From: Macrostomum lignano
Lineage: Eukaryota
Direction of reading: 5' to 3'
DNA length: 64,000 nt
Assembly (NCBI GenBank): GCA_002269645.1
Contig: NIVC01000084.1
Location: forward strand, 124,001 to 188,000
Part shown: in pieces, positions 35,066 to 46,499 of the stretch
Position numbering within the stretch: the stretch's first letter is position 1
How the letters are laid out: every line of letters begins with the position of its first letter
Notes under the pieces: model-generated
The model's input: the letters and a program-made list of their open reading frames with translations, nothing else
Told to the model about the DNA's origin: nothing
Databases searched by the model: none
Made by a program: the position numbers and the translations under genes

Positions 35066-36411
35066 AACTATATATCGCTATCGCATCAAACTCGGGACTG
35101 TTCCGTTTCGATCAGAACCATAGACTGTTGAGCTATAGTTCTTTTTTCCACAAGACCGAGCCAAGTTGTGGAAAAATACCTGCAGAGGCCAGAAAAAGGC
35201 CAGAACGACTTCAAACTCGTTTCTCAGACCTCGGCTGCGCCTCGGCCGAGAAACAAGTTCTTAGTCATTCAGACGGCCACAGATAAATGAATAAACGGGA
35301 GAGATTATATACTTCTCGGCCCGCTCTTGAAATCAAGAAGGAATGCATATCCAGCAGGTTGTCTAGGGAAAAAAGTCTCCTAGCTCCTTTCTGCCCTAGA
35401 ATAGCCATCCAAAAAACTTCTCCTAAAATTTCTCTAAACATTTGAAGATCCACCAGCTAACAACTTAAATTTAATTTTTGCCTCGTTTTGTTTTGTTCGT
35501 TTTGTTTGTCGATATTTCCGATAAATTTGTAGAGCGACTTTAGTTGCCAGGCAACATTGTCTGCACTGGAGACGCACTGCTCACAGTAGGTGCAGGAGAT
35601 GTAGCTGTTGATGCTGCCCCCTGCACCGAAATACTTGGCTCAGAAGGCCTTTCTCCGTCTGTATTCACAGGCTGAACTCCCCTCTTGAAACTTTTCAGCT
35701 TACTTGCTAATTAGGATAGATTTGTTTTACCTGCACCTAAAGCAGCGGAACCTTTTAACCCGTATCTAAACCGATACCATTCCCTTATGGCAATGTCACT
35801 AGAGGTAGACATGCATATAGCTCTTAATTCGTACTCTGAGAACGGGTGTACCTTAAATGGCGCTTATCCACGATAATTACACTAGACATCAGCTAAATCT
35901 ATTTACATCATCTGTTCCTTTTGTCATTAGCATTTATTTCGTAATTAAGACATCATGTTCTCTACAAGTTTTTCATCTCCAAGTTTTTCCGTAATTTTAA
36001 AAAATATAGAGTAATACCAAGTTACCATAAAATAAAAGCAACAATTTTACAGATAAAAAGAAAATAAATTAAATATCTTCCAAAAATGCTGAATACAGGA
36101 AAATTGTAGTTAAGGAATTCGAAAAATAAATTTAAATACATTTTTTACTCAAAATTCATTTTAGATAAATTCCTATTTCCTAAACCTAACCTTAAATTTT
36201 CAAAAAAAATTAAATTAGCAGAAAACTTTGATCCACTAAAAATTTTTGATTCGATATTTCTACGTGGTAGTATCAATGTGACGCAAATTAATATCAAGAA
36301 TTTGCATTCGAACTCTATAAAAGAAAGAGAGGTTCAAGGCTGCCGAATCAAATAATTTTCAACGATCACAGATAAGTCTAGTAAAACAAATTCTTGAATC
36401 AAAAAACAACC

Positions 36412-37760
36412 ATGCAATTCTCAACTCTTGCTCTGCTCCTTCTCGTTGCTGTTTCAAGCGTCGTCGGACGTAAGTCTCTAATCTCTAGATTAGTATGAAC
36501 CAAATTTTATGTGTATTTGCATAAAATTTATACCGGGCTTTGCCTTTAGGCTCTACTTTCAATCTACGTCAGTGAGTGCCTACTCGTATTTCCAATGCAA
36601 AATTGATATTGATTGATAGATTAACTACTAGGTTAAAGACTTTAGCAAATTATTAACTTTTTACGCATTAATTTATCGTTTGCTTTATAACTTCGCTGTA
36701 TTTTGCAAGTACAAACAATAACACAGAGTTCCCATCTTAGTTTAATCTATTATCTAATAATTCTTTACACCTAGACCGCTATGTTGAATAGGTGTGTGCA
36801 TTTATAAAGCAAAGCATTCTCCAGCTACTTAGATAGAATGCATCTTAATTTGGTCCGTTATGCCAGGTGACATTTTGACTCGACTCGCTGGCTTAACGCG
36901 CACTCGTGATCTAGGCGTTGCTGAATTTAGCACTCTCGCGCCCCCACCCGTTGGCCCGAGTACCGACCTTCGTCCAACCACCCAAAGTGTATCTGAATTT
37001 GAAAAGTAATTAATTTGGGAATGCACTGGCGTACATTTCCTATCAATAATAATTGAATTTGTACCAACCAATTTCAGAAGTCAAGTTCAAGGGTTGTTAT
37101 TATCACCACGAAGGCATCAATGCTCTACTATATTTTTTTCAGAAATGACTCCAAAATGGAAGCTTCTGTCTGCGTGTTTGACTGCCAAAGTAGTAGAATG
37201 AAATATTTTGGATTGCAAAGTAACCAATGCTTCTGTGGCAATGTTCTAAGCTCAGTTCCTATGTCTGATGATGAGTGCCATAGCCGGTGTCCGGGAAACA
37301 AAAAAGAAACTTGTGGTGGCTTATCTGCTATGAGTGTCTACCGTGTGCCATCTGTTATGGTTCCATTAGTGCCGGGTAAGTGGTTGTCCTTTTCTACGAA
37401 ACATGCAAATTAGCTGCCTAAAAATACACCGAGTCACACTTTTTTGTTCTTTCAGCGCCGTCAAGGGGATGCTATGTTTTTGTTTACGGACACAAGTTGC
37501 TAAGCATAGAAGTAAAAAAGAACTTCGAATTTTTGAGCCAACAAGTGTGTGCTTCTGAGTGCTTGGCAAGGGGGAAATACTCATTTTTTGGACTAGCGTG
37601 GGGCAACCGATGCTTTTGTGGCAATCAAATAAATCGAGGAACCGCTTTGCCTTCGAATAAAATATTTTGTAGAACGCAATGCAAAAACTTCCATCATGGA
37701 GAACTTTGCGGTGGCGATGGGCAAATGGAAATATTCGATTTAGTTGCTGTAACGAACTAA
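36412..37760 (+). pseudogene. Secreted tandem-WSC-domain protein 3 (exons 36412-36469, 37078-37375, 37456-37760) with a +1 frameshift at a T7 run; pseudogene or assembly error
   Basis: Signal-like MQFSTLALLLLVAVSSVVG and the same intron phases as the paralogues. Exon 2 is 298 nt versus 297; the entry frame stops at TGA 37146-37148, and removing one T at 37133-37139 restores a 219-aa protein. TATAAAAG at 36316 and TTTCTACGTGG at 36257. Confidence 0.85.
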
Positions 37761-38375
37761 ATCGAACTAAACTGGCTGGCTCACTCAACTTGACTGAAAA
37801 TGCTAAAAAACGCCATTACTAACATTAAAGAAAAGATAAAGATCTGCATGAAAATAAATAAAATTACTTCTGACTTTGTCATTTCTTCCAATTATACAAG
37901 TGTCTTGACATCATTAGGTCCGAGAAAAAATGAATTCTTTTATGAAAAAGAAGAGTTAAAGGCACTTAGTCATTAAAATAAACCTTAAAATCACCAGACT
38001 GATGTACAGAGACAAAAATTCTGTAGGAATCATTTATATATTAAGACGCAAAGCGGAGGCCCCTTGCGACCACGCGCTCGCAGAACAGGCGGGAGGGGAA
38101 GTCAGCGATAAGGCAGTCCAAGGCCGGCCTGTTGCTCGGTCGCCCGGTGCAGCATGGCCAGGGCCAAAGGGTCCGTAGGCAGTGGCCCAGCAGCATCTGG
38201 CGGCGCCGGCGCAGAATCAGGAATGTAGGAGTCATGGAAAGGGCTGTAAATTGGCTTTATTTGAAAAAATTGTTAATAATTTCCCCAGCTCGTACACACG
38301 CTCTTGTTTGTACATAATAAGTTCATATATATATGAGCTAGTAAGTAGTTTTATGATTTTCTCATACCCGTAGCA

Positions 38376-39721
38376 ATTTCTACCCGTAGCAACATACTTC
38401 TCCCATGGCTTGAGCATCCCGTCATTTCTACCCGTCAACACACTTCTCCCATGGCTTGAGCATCCCGTCATTTCTACCCGTCAACACACTTCTCCCATGG
38501 CTTGAGCATCCCGTCATTTCTACCCGTCAACACACTTCTCCCATGGCTTGAGCATCCCGTCATTTCTACCCGTAGCAACATGCTTCTCCCATGGCTTGAG
38601 CATCCCGTCATTTCCACCCGTAGCAACACACTTCTCCCATGGCTTAAGCATCCCGTCATCTCCACCAGTAGCAACACACTTCTCCCATGGCTTGAGCATC
38701 CCGTCATTTCCACCAGTAGCAACACACTTCTCCCATGGCTTGAGCATCCCGTCATTTCCACCAGTAGCAACACACTTCTCCCATGGCTTGAGCATCCCGT
38801 CATTTCCACCCGTAGCAACACACTTCTCCCATGGCTTAAGCATCCCGTCATCTCCACCAGTAGCAACACACTTCTCCCATGGCTTGAGCATCCCGTCATT
38901 TCCACCAGTAGCAACACACTTCTCCCATGGCTTGAGCATCCCGTCATTTCCACCAGTAGCAACACACTTCTCCCATGGCTTGAGCATCCCGTCATCTCCA
39001 CCAGTAGCAACACACTTCTCCCATGGCTTGAGCATCCCGTCATTTCCACCAGTAGCAACACACTTCTCCCATGGCTTGAGCATCCCGTCATTTCCACCAG
39101 TAGCAACACACTTCTCCCATGGCTTGAGCATCCCGTCATTTCCACCCGTAGCAACACACTTCTCCCATGGCTTGAGCATCCCGTCATTTCCACCCGTAGC
39201 AACACACTTCTCCCATGGCTTGAGCATCCCGTCATTTCCACCAGTAGCAACACACTTCTCCCATGGCTTGAGCATCCCGTCATTTCCACCAGTAGCGACA
39301 CACTTCTCCCATGGCTTGAGCATCCCGTCATTTCCACCAGTAGCAACACACTTCTCCCATGGCTTGAGCATCCCGTCATTTCCACCAGTAGCAACACACT
39401 TCTCCCATGGCTTGAGCATCCCGTCATCTCCACCAGTAGCAACACACTTCTCCCATGGCTTGAGCATCCCGTCATTTCCACCAGTAGCAACACACTTCTC
39501 CCATGGCTTGAGCATCCCGTCATCTCCACCAGTAGCAACACACTTCTCCCATGGCTTGAGAATCCCGTCATTTCCACCAGTAGCGACACACTTCTCCCAT
39601 GGCTTGAGCATCCCGTCATTTCCACCCGTAGCAACACACTTCTCCCATGGCTTGAGCATCCCGTCATTTCCACCCGTAGCAACACACTTCTCCCATGGCT
39701 TCCCGTCAATTCCACCCGTAG
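38376..39721. repeat. 48-bp minisatellite (TCCCATGGCTTGAGCATCCCGTCATTTCCACCAGTAGCAACACACTTC), ~28 copies; first units 46 bp
   Basis: Direct periodicity; the track ORFs repeat every 16 aa in several frames. Confidence 0.95.
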
Positions 39722-40467
39722 CTCAGGCAGCTCGGACAATCACACAGAAAGGGGGTGGGTGATGCGCGTTAATTTCCTAATCTTTAGGAACTAAGTAAAC
39801 TTCTTAACCTTCAGACAAAGCGGGGGTGGCGGGCATGTGAGGAAAAGTGCAATGTCGGGTGCACCCGCACTGACGGCTGAATGGATCGCTCAAAAGTGCA
39901 AGTGTACGCCGGCACAACACCACACCACAGCCTCTGCTGAAGCGGCCCCTGCAGCGGGGCAACCGCACGTCGAACCTAGCAGCCCGCAGCCGGCAACGAC
40001 AGCCGCCCTGACTATGGATCCTCCTGTTGACTCCGCGACCGCGCCAAAATGAGTTCGAGATGTCTCCGTGCGCTGCATCCCGCTGGATTTCTTACTCTGC
40101 TCCATCTTCCCTGCTCCTGGCCCATTCTGTGCCGCAACTCCATTTACTGCCTCCATAGCAACCGTCTGATACTCAGCCTCCTGCAGCAGCCATTGAGATG
40201 AAGAGCGCTGAGCGTGTCATTTCTGCCATTCTCCCCGACCCATCGGTGATACCGTGCCAGGGTGTCCGTCGGCAATTTCTTTTGCTCGCGAAGATAAAGC
40301 AATCCATTGCTGTCTAGTTTAGCTTCACGACCCGCCTCCATCAGGTTGATAACCGCTACATCCACCAGATCATCCAGCTTCTTCAACTGAGGCGCGCTCT
40401 CCGTCAAAATGGGACAAAAACGGTCCAGATCCTCCAACACTAGCACCAGCCGGCGCCGCTCTCCTCC

Positions 40468-40765
40468 ATATACTCAGCAACATTGAAAAGTCGCCACCCT
40501 TTGCCCCAGTGAGCAGTGTCTTTCGACCAGAGTCTGTCACCTGGGCAACCATTTTGATATCAAAAAATGCTTGAAAAAACAATGAAAACCGGGCGGAAGC
40601 TTCAATCCATCCAATCTTCGCTCTCCGCTCTTCCCAATCCCTCCTCACCCAGCCCAACTCTGCGTCGCGTGGCGCAAGTTGCGTCACTCAAAAGTCAATA
40701 CTGAGATGGAATTTAATTTAAGCGCACTCTCAAAACTGGCGACTTTTTAATTTTGTTGAGTATAT
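40468..40765. mobile_element. MITE with ~29-bp imperfect TIRs and TA-rich ends
   Basis: ATATACTCAGCAACATTGAAAAGTCGCCA (40468-40496) vs TGGCGACTTTTTAATTTTGTTGAGTATAT (40737-40765). Another TATACTCAGCAAC begins right at the junction. Confidence 0.6.
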
Positions 40766-40844
40766 ACTCAGCAACAGCTAAACCCCCCCCCCACTCACGC
40801 TGTCACACGGGTACAAAAGTTAAGCAATGTCTTTAATTCTAGTC

Positions 40845-41220
40845 TCAGGATCGTGTGTAGGAACCACGAGCATGCAAAAGTGCCGTGACTCGTCGTAGCA
40901 TCCTGATCACCAGCCGGTTGATGAACTCTTGGGGCAGCTGCTGCCAGGCATTCAGCACCGCCAGTCGCAACTGTTCAGCATTCTGTGGGGCATCCTGCTG
41001 AACTCTTCGCTTTACAAAGTCCCAGACATGCTCGATGGGGTTCATGTCTGGAGACTTTGACGGCCAGTTCAATGTGCGAATGCCGAGCTGCTCCTTCAGC
41101 AGCTGCACGTGTGCTGCTCGATGTGGCGCAGCGTTGTCGTCTTGAAGAATGCAGTTCTGCGGGCCGCCAAAGGTTGTCGTAGCAAATGGCAGAAACTGCT
41201 GCTGTAGCAGCTCTGCATAG
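40845..41220 (-). mobile_element. Tc1/mariner transposase C-terminal fragment
   Basis: LQDDNAAPHRAA and WPSKSPDMNPIEHVWDFVKRRV..AWQQLPQEFINRLVIRMLRRVTALLHARGSYTRS. Confidence 0.85.
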
Positions 41221-41307
41221 GTCTGCCCTCAGGTCTGCCCTCAGTTGCAATAGCTTGTACACTCGAGAGGAGGGTGCAGCATCTACACACGCGTAAAAGG
41301 CCGCCTT

Positions 41308-42415
41308 CTACCCCTCGTATTGACGCTTATCACCTGAGAAACTGGGAATCGCCACCCGCTGCAATTGCCGCCACATGTCCTGACTGACCTGCCTCTCTGC
41401 TTCTTCTCTCACCATCTGTGTACACTCCTGCTGAACGATTGGCTCTCTGAGTTGCCACTGTACACTGGCTGACTGTGAGGTGGCTGGCCTGGGTGCAGGG
41501 TTCGGTTTTATCGATCGCTCGCCTGACCCCCCCCCCTTCGTGGGCAGTCCAATCAGCTTTTTCACTCCTGTCTCGCAGCGCTTACACCCACCTCAGCCCC
41601 AATAGGCTGTTCAGCCAAGCCTGAGCTTGGGCTAGGCCTTTCACACGGGCTCTTTGCCTTAGTCCTGCCAGTGTCAATTTTTAATCGCCTCAGCTCCTCT
41701 GCCAACTGCTCATGCTCGATCTGCACTTCTTCCAACTCCAGCGCTCTGAGCTCCGCGGTTTGCACTTTTCGCTGCTCTTCCTCACGCCTCTGCTGTTCTT
41801 CAACTCCGCCAAGCGATCCTGCCCCTCCCTCTCAGCTGCTTCGCTTCTGCTACGATCTTTCCAGAACTCGGTCATCAGACACACAGTCTCACCGTAGTCC
41901 TTTTCAGCATTCTCTAGCTCCTTGATCGTTTGGCGACGCAGTGGCAGGTCGTCTCCGGCGAGCTCCAGCAGCTTCTCCAGCTCAGTGGTCACAGCTTCGA
42001 ATAGCTTCTCCATGAAAGTCGCTTGCTGTTGTACTTCGGCGCCGTCTTGACCACCAGCAGCGAGTTGTTGCACCAGCCGGTTTCTTCCCTTGGTGAATGC
42101 GGCCTTGGCCTCGTATTGGCGGCCTTCGCGTCCATCAGCTTGCGTTCTTCCTCGTCAACCGGCGGGTAGTTCGACTCGGTTTCTTCACCGTCCTTTTGCA
42201 TTTTTGAACCATGCTCTGCTACCAGTTGTTAAAGTGGATGACTTTTCAGAACAAAAGAATAAGGAAAAAAGTCGGATTCTTAAAAGTATTTTTCTTGCCT
42301 TCAGCACTTCTGCCGGTCTCGCGCAGACACACAAAACAACTTAACAGGTGGGGTTAACAGAGAGAGGAGGGTTGGCTAATGTACATTAAATAATGAAAAA
42401 ATACATCTACAGTAA
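41308..42415 (-). mobile_element. 5' part of a BEL/Pao retrotransposon: partial 5' LTR (42227-~42415), tRNA-iMet PBS (42206-42224), gag fragments
   Basis: LTR end ..TTAACA, 2-nt spacer, PBS TGGTAGCAGAGCATGGTTC. Coiled-coil gag ORFs end in LQRVAIPSFSGDKRQYEG (DUF1759-like). LTR similar to 69-300. Confidence 0.8.
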
Positions 42416-42643
42416 ATACTAGCAATGTTTCGCCCCCCGATGGGGCGCATCTGGATAGAATCCTTATTCTTTACAAATAATAAATAGACAGCGAAATAAA
42501 GCCTTCATAAAAAACAACAGACATTCCCTCTAAAAACAAAACATCCCAAGACAGCAAGCATCCCCAGACAGCATTCAAGCATCGATCCCCAAATAGCAAT
42601 CATCCCCCAGATTGCAAGCATCCCCCAGATAGCAAGCATATTT

Positions 42644-42862
42644 TCAGATGCTAGATATGGTGTTGGGTGTGTTCAAATGTTAGATATGGTGTTGGGTGTG
42701 TTCAGATGTTAGATATGGTGTTTGGTGTGTTCAGATGTTAAATATGGTGTTGGGTGTGTTCAGATGTTAGATATGGTGTTGGGTGTGTTCAGATATTAGA
42801 TATGGTGTTGGGTGTGTTCAGATGTTAGAAATGGTGTTGGGTGTGTTCATATGTTAGATATG
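42644..42862. repeat. 29-bp minisatellite (AGATATGGTGTTGGGTGTGTTCAGATGTT), ~7 copies
   Basis: Direct periodicity; same family as 1-67. Confidence 0.95.
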
Positions 42863-43664
42863 CTTGTCAATGTAGAGAACATTTTAACTGTAATAACAAG
42901 TTTGTTAGCTCCTGTCTGCTCTCGGTCGCAGAAGGCTTGTCTGGTGCCCTTTATAGTTTTTTTTTAATCTGAAGTTATTAAAATAATAAATTTCGTATTC
43001 AAATATCTACACCCGGTTACCTAGTAGTCACTAATTAAGCAATCCTCTTTCAAGTAACTGAGGGAAAAATAATTTATTTCTAGCAAAAAATTCGCTTAAC
43101 TATGCATGTAAGCAATGACACGAGTAAAAATTCACGGTGGAATACAAATTATAGCTTCACACACGATGGTTGGATATCGTTCAATCAAATCGACACCTGG
43201 CCGGATTTTATGACGCATTAACAAGCTCACATCTGGGCGCGTATTGAGTTACTTATGCATGCGCCATGCAGTCTGTTTTGACCTTAACGACGCCGCGCAA
43301 ACGTGTTCAGGCATATTTTCATAGATCCTTTTATCGGCAGATGTCTCTCACTAATTTATTATTTTAATCCATTACCTTTGAGGGCCGCGTAAGGACTATA
43401 CTAGATGTTGAGGTATTATCAGGACGTAAAACTTGCATTCTGTGGAGAATTTATTAGTAGTCAAAATCTCGTTCAAAATCCATTACAATTGGTCTACGAA
43501 TAATCTAAGTTACATCAACGTAAATCAACTTTGGCCAATAGGAATTCATGTGTGAGCAGCTTATTGAGATCTCAGTAGAGCTGCAATATATAAGTTTCAT
43601 TCAGACCAGGCTCTAGCTTGCCGTTCACCGTACCTGAATAGAAGCTTCCAGTCCTCGAGTCAAG

Positions 43665-43774
43665 ATGCATTCATTCCTGCGAAGCTACGATCATCATGAA
43701 GAGCATCGGGCCAGAGCAGACCATCGAAACCATACAGCAAATCTGCCCGACCCGTATGAGCCCGCGCTGCAGCT

Positions 43775-43807
<33 letters not shown>

Positions 43808-45074
43808 GAGGCAGGAGCACAGCTGCCAGCAAGAACGCTGCCAGCGCGTGGTGATCAACGTTTCTGGGGAGCTGTTCGAGACCCAGCTAAAAACGCTGGA
43901 CCGCTATCCAGACACTCTCCTAGGAGACGAGACTAAACGACTGGCTCACTGGGACCCCGATCGATGCGAGTACTTCTTTGATCGACACAGACCCTCCTTC
44001 CCGGCCATACTCAACTTCTACCAATCTGGTGGGCGCCTCCGCCGTCCGCAGGAGGTGCCCGAGGAGATCTTCTACGACGAGTTGCGATTCTTCCAGTTCA
44101 ACCGGGATATTATTCGCGACTTTCTACTATCCGAAGGCTACGCCAGGCGCATTGTTAAGCGAGTCGCCGGGCAAAGCTTACGCGCTCGCTTGTACGCCAC
44201 GTTTGAGCATCCGGAGTCTTCGAATACGGCTCGAGCGGTGTCGGCGTTTAGCGTATTGGTCATAGTGCTGAGTATTGTGCTATTCTGCATTGAAACAGTG
44301 CCTGAGGAAGCCTCAGACACGGAGAGATGCTCTCAGGGCGGCGTCGAGTATTTGTATCGGCCAAGCCCCACAGCTGCGCCGTCGCGTGCGAAGCATTCTT
44401 TGGTCTCTCCGCAGCACCAGCTTAGCTGGATTTTTATTCTAGAAGCTCTTTGCGTTTCCTGGTTTACATTGGAGTTCATAATTCGAATGATGACCTACCC
44501 GTACCCTCGCAGGACTCTGCTGTACTCCCTGACCAACTGGCTAGACGTGGTCAGCATCCTTCCGTTTATCGTGTCAGCAGTTTTCATAGCCGACGACTGT
44601 CTAGACCAGCAGGTCTGCTCGCGTCGCTCTTACCTGCTGAAAGCGTTCGGCTTCCTTCGTGTACTTCGAGTTTTCAAGTTTCACAAGTACGTCGCCGGGA
44701 TGCAGATACTTGGACGAACTTTGCGAATGAGCTTCCGCGAGATGACTATGTTTGTGTTCTTCTTGTGCATCTGCGTTGTGCTCTTCTCAACGGCGATCTA
44801 CTTTACGGAGTCTGACAATGACCGGCTTCAGTTCAATAGCATCCCGGACTCATTCTGGTGGGCTGTGATCAGCATGTGCACAGTTGGATACGGAGACTAT
44901 GTGCCGCGTAGCCTCAGCGGCAAACTTGTTGGCGGAATTTGCGTGGTAGCCGGCGTCATGACCATAGCGCTGCCAGTGCCCGTGATCGTCACCAACTTCA
45001 ACACCGTCTACAGACAGGCTGTGCAGCGCAGGGTCAGACCTGAGGTTGTTGAAGAGAAACTGATTTACGCCTGA
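43665..45074 (+). CDS. KCNA: Voltage-gated potassium channel alpha subunit, Kv1/Shaker family, intronless, 469 aa
   Basis: T1 domain RVVINVSGELFETQLKTL..EYFFDRHRPSF..YQSGGRLRRP; S2 LEALCVSWFTLEFIIR; S4 KAFGFLRVLRVFK; linker GMQILGRTL; pore FWWAVISMCTVGYGD; S6 ALPVPVIVTNF; N-terminal polyQ. Confidence 0.97.
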
Positions 45075-45620
45075 ACTTCTTGAATTACTTCAGCCAATGC
45101 GTCGTTTGCTAAGGACATCTGGTGGTACAAAATTAGCTCGAAGCTGACGTGAGGATAGTTTGTTTACTAGAGACGTGGACTCGAAAACTAGATATTATAT
45201 AGCTGGATAGTTGTAGGAACCTATTGCGATTGCTTCTACGCTTGTATTTGAAATTTCATTCGGAAGTTTTTTGTTAATTCTGACCCAATAAAGTACTTGC
45301 AATACTTTGAAACTTGCTTGCTCAGCCTCTGCCCGATTTGAAAAATCCCAATCCTGATAAATCCGCTGGATGGCGTATAGCTGATATTGGATCCAACTGC
45401 AGCAAAGAGAATCGAAGACAGCGGATTTGATTGGATTTACCAAAAGTCAGGTTTCAGTGGCTCACTCGATTCTGTTGTTATTTTATACCTATACTATGCA
45501 AAGTAGAAATAGTGTGGAAAGCTAGGATTTTTTCGATAAAGCTCACTAGCAATCTGCGCTCCTTTTAAACTGTCCATGTATGCAGCTCACAATTATTTTC
45601 ATTTTTCTTTTCATTTGCTG

Positions 45621-46499
45621 TTGAGAATCTGCCTCTCCGCTCTCCCTCAGTGCTTGAGAATCTGCCTCTCCGCTCTCCCTCAGTGCTTGAGAATCTGCCT
45701 CTCCGCTCTCCCTCAGTGCTTGAGAATCTGCCTCTCCGCTCTCCCTCAGTGCTTGAGAATCTGCCTCTCCGCTCTCCCTCAGTGCTTGAGAATCTGCCTC
45801 TCCGCTCTCCCTCAGTGCTTGAGAATCTCTCACTCTGCTCTCCCTCAGTGCTTGAGAATCTGCCTCTCTGCTCTCCCTCAGTGCTTGAGAATCTCTCACT
45901 CTGCTCTCCCTCAGTCCTTGAGAATCTGCCTCTCCGCTCTCCCTCAGTGCTTGAGAATCTCTCACTCTGCTCTCCCTCAGTCCTTGAGAATCTGCCTCTC
46001 CGCTCTCCCTCAGTGCTTGAGAATCTCTCACTCCGCTCTCCCTCAGTGCTTGAGAATCTGCCTCTCTGCTCTCCCTCAGTGCTTGAGAATCTCTCACTCC
46101 GCTCTCCCTCAGTGCTTGAGAATCTCTCACTCTGCTCTCCCTCAGTCCTTGAGAATCTGCCTCTCTGCTCTCCCTCAGTGCTTGAGAATCTGCCTCTCTG
46201 CTCTCCCTCAGTCATTGAGAATCTGCCTCTCTGCTCTCCCTCAGTGCTTGAGAATCTGCCTCTCTGCTCTCCCTCAGTCATTGAGAATCTGCCTCTCTGC
46301 TCTCCCTCAGTGCTTGAGAATCTGCCTCTCTGCTCTCCCTCAGTCATTGAGAATCTGCCTCTCTGCTCTCCCTCAGTCATTGAGAATCTGCCTCTCTGCT
46401 CTCCCTCAGTGCTTGAGAATCTGCCTCTCTGCTCTCCCTCAGTCATTGAGAATCTGCCTCTCTGCTCTCCCTCAGTGCTTGAGAATCTGCCTATCCGCT
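45621..46499. repeat. 33-bp minisatellite (CTCAGTGCTTGAGAATCTGCCTCTCCGCTCTCC), ~26 copies
   Basis: Direct periodicity; 11-aa repeats in four track ORFs. Confidence 0.95.

Noticed and set aside
35520-35990. Broken minus-strand coding-like stretch (APFKVHPFSEYELRAIC..EWYRFRYG)
   Set aside because: Multiple stops and no family could be assigned; probably old TE or viral debris.
38474-39794. Four overlapping 380-430-aa repetitive ORFs
   Set aside because: A 48-bp unit (multiple of 3) lacking stops yields ORFs in several frames on both strands; no unique flanking coding sequence or splice context.
39837-40687. Cluster of short GC-rich ORFs
   Set aside because: No recognisable domain; partly overlapped by a MITE and likely TE-derived.
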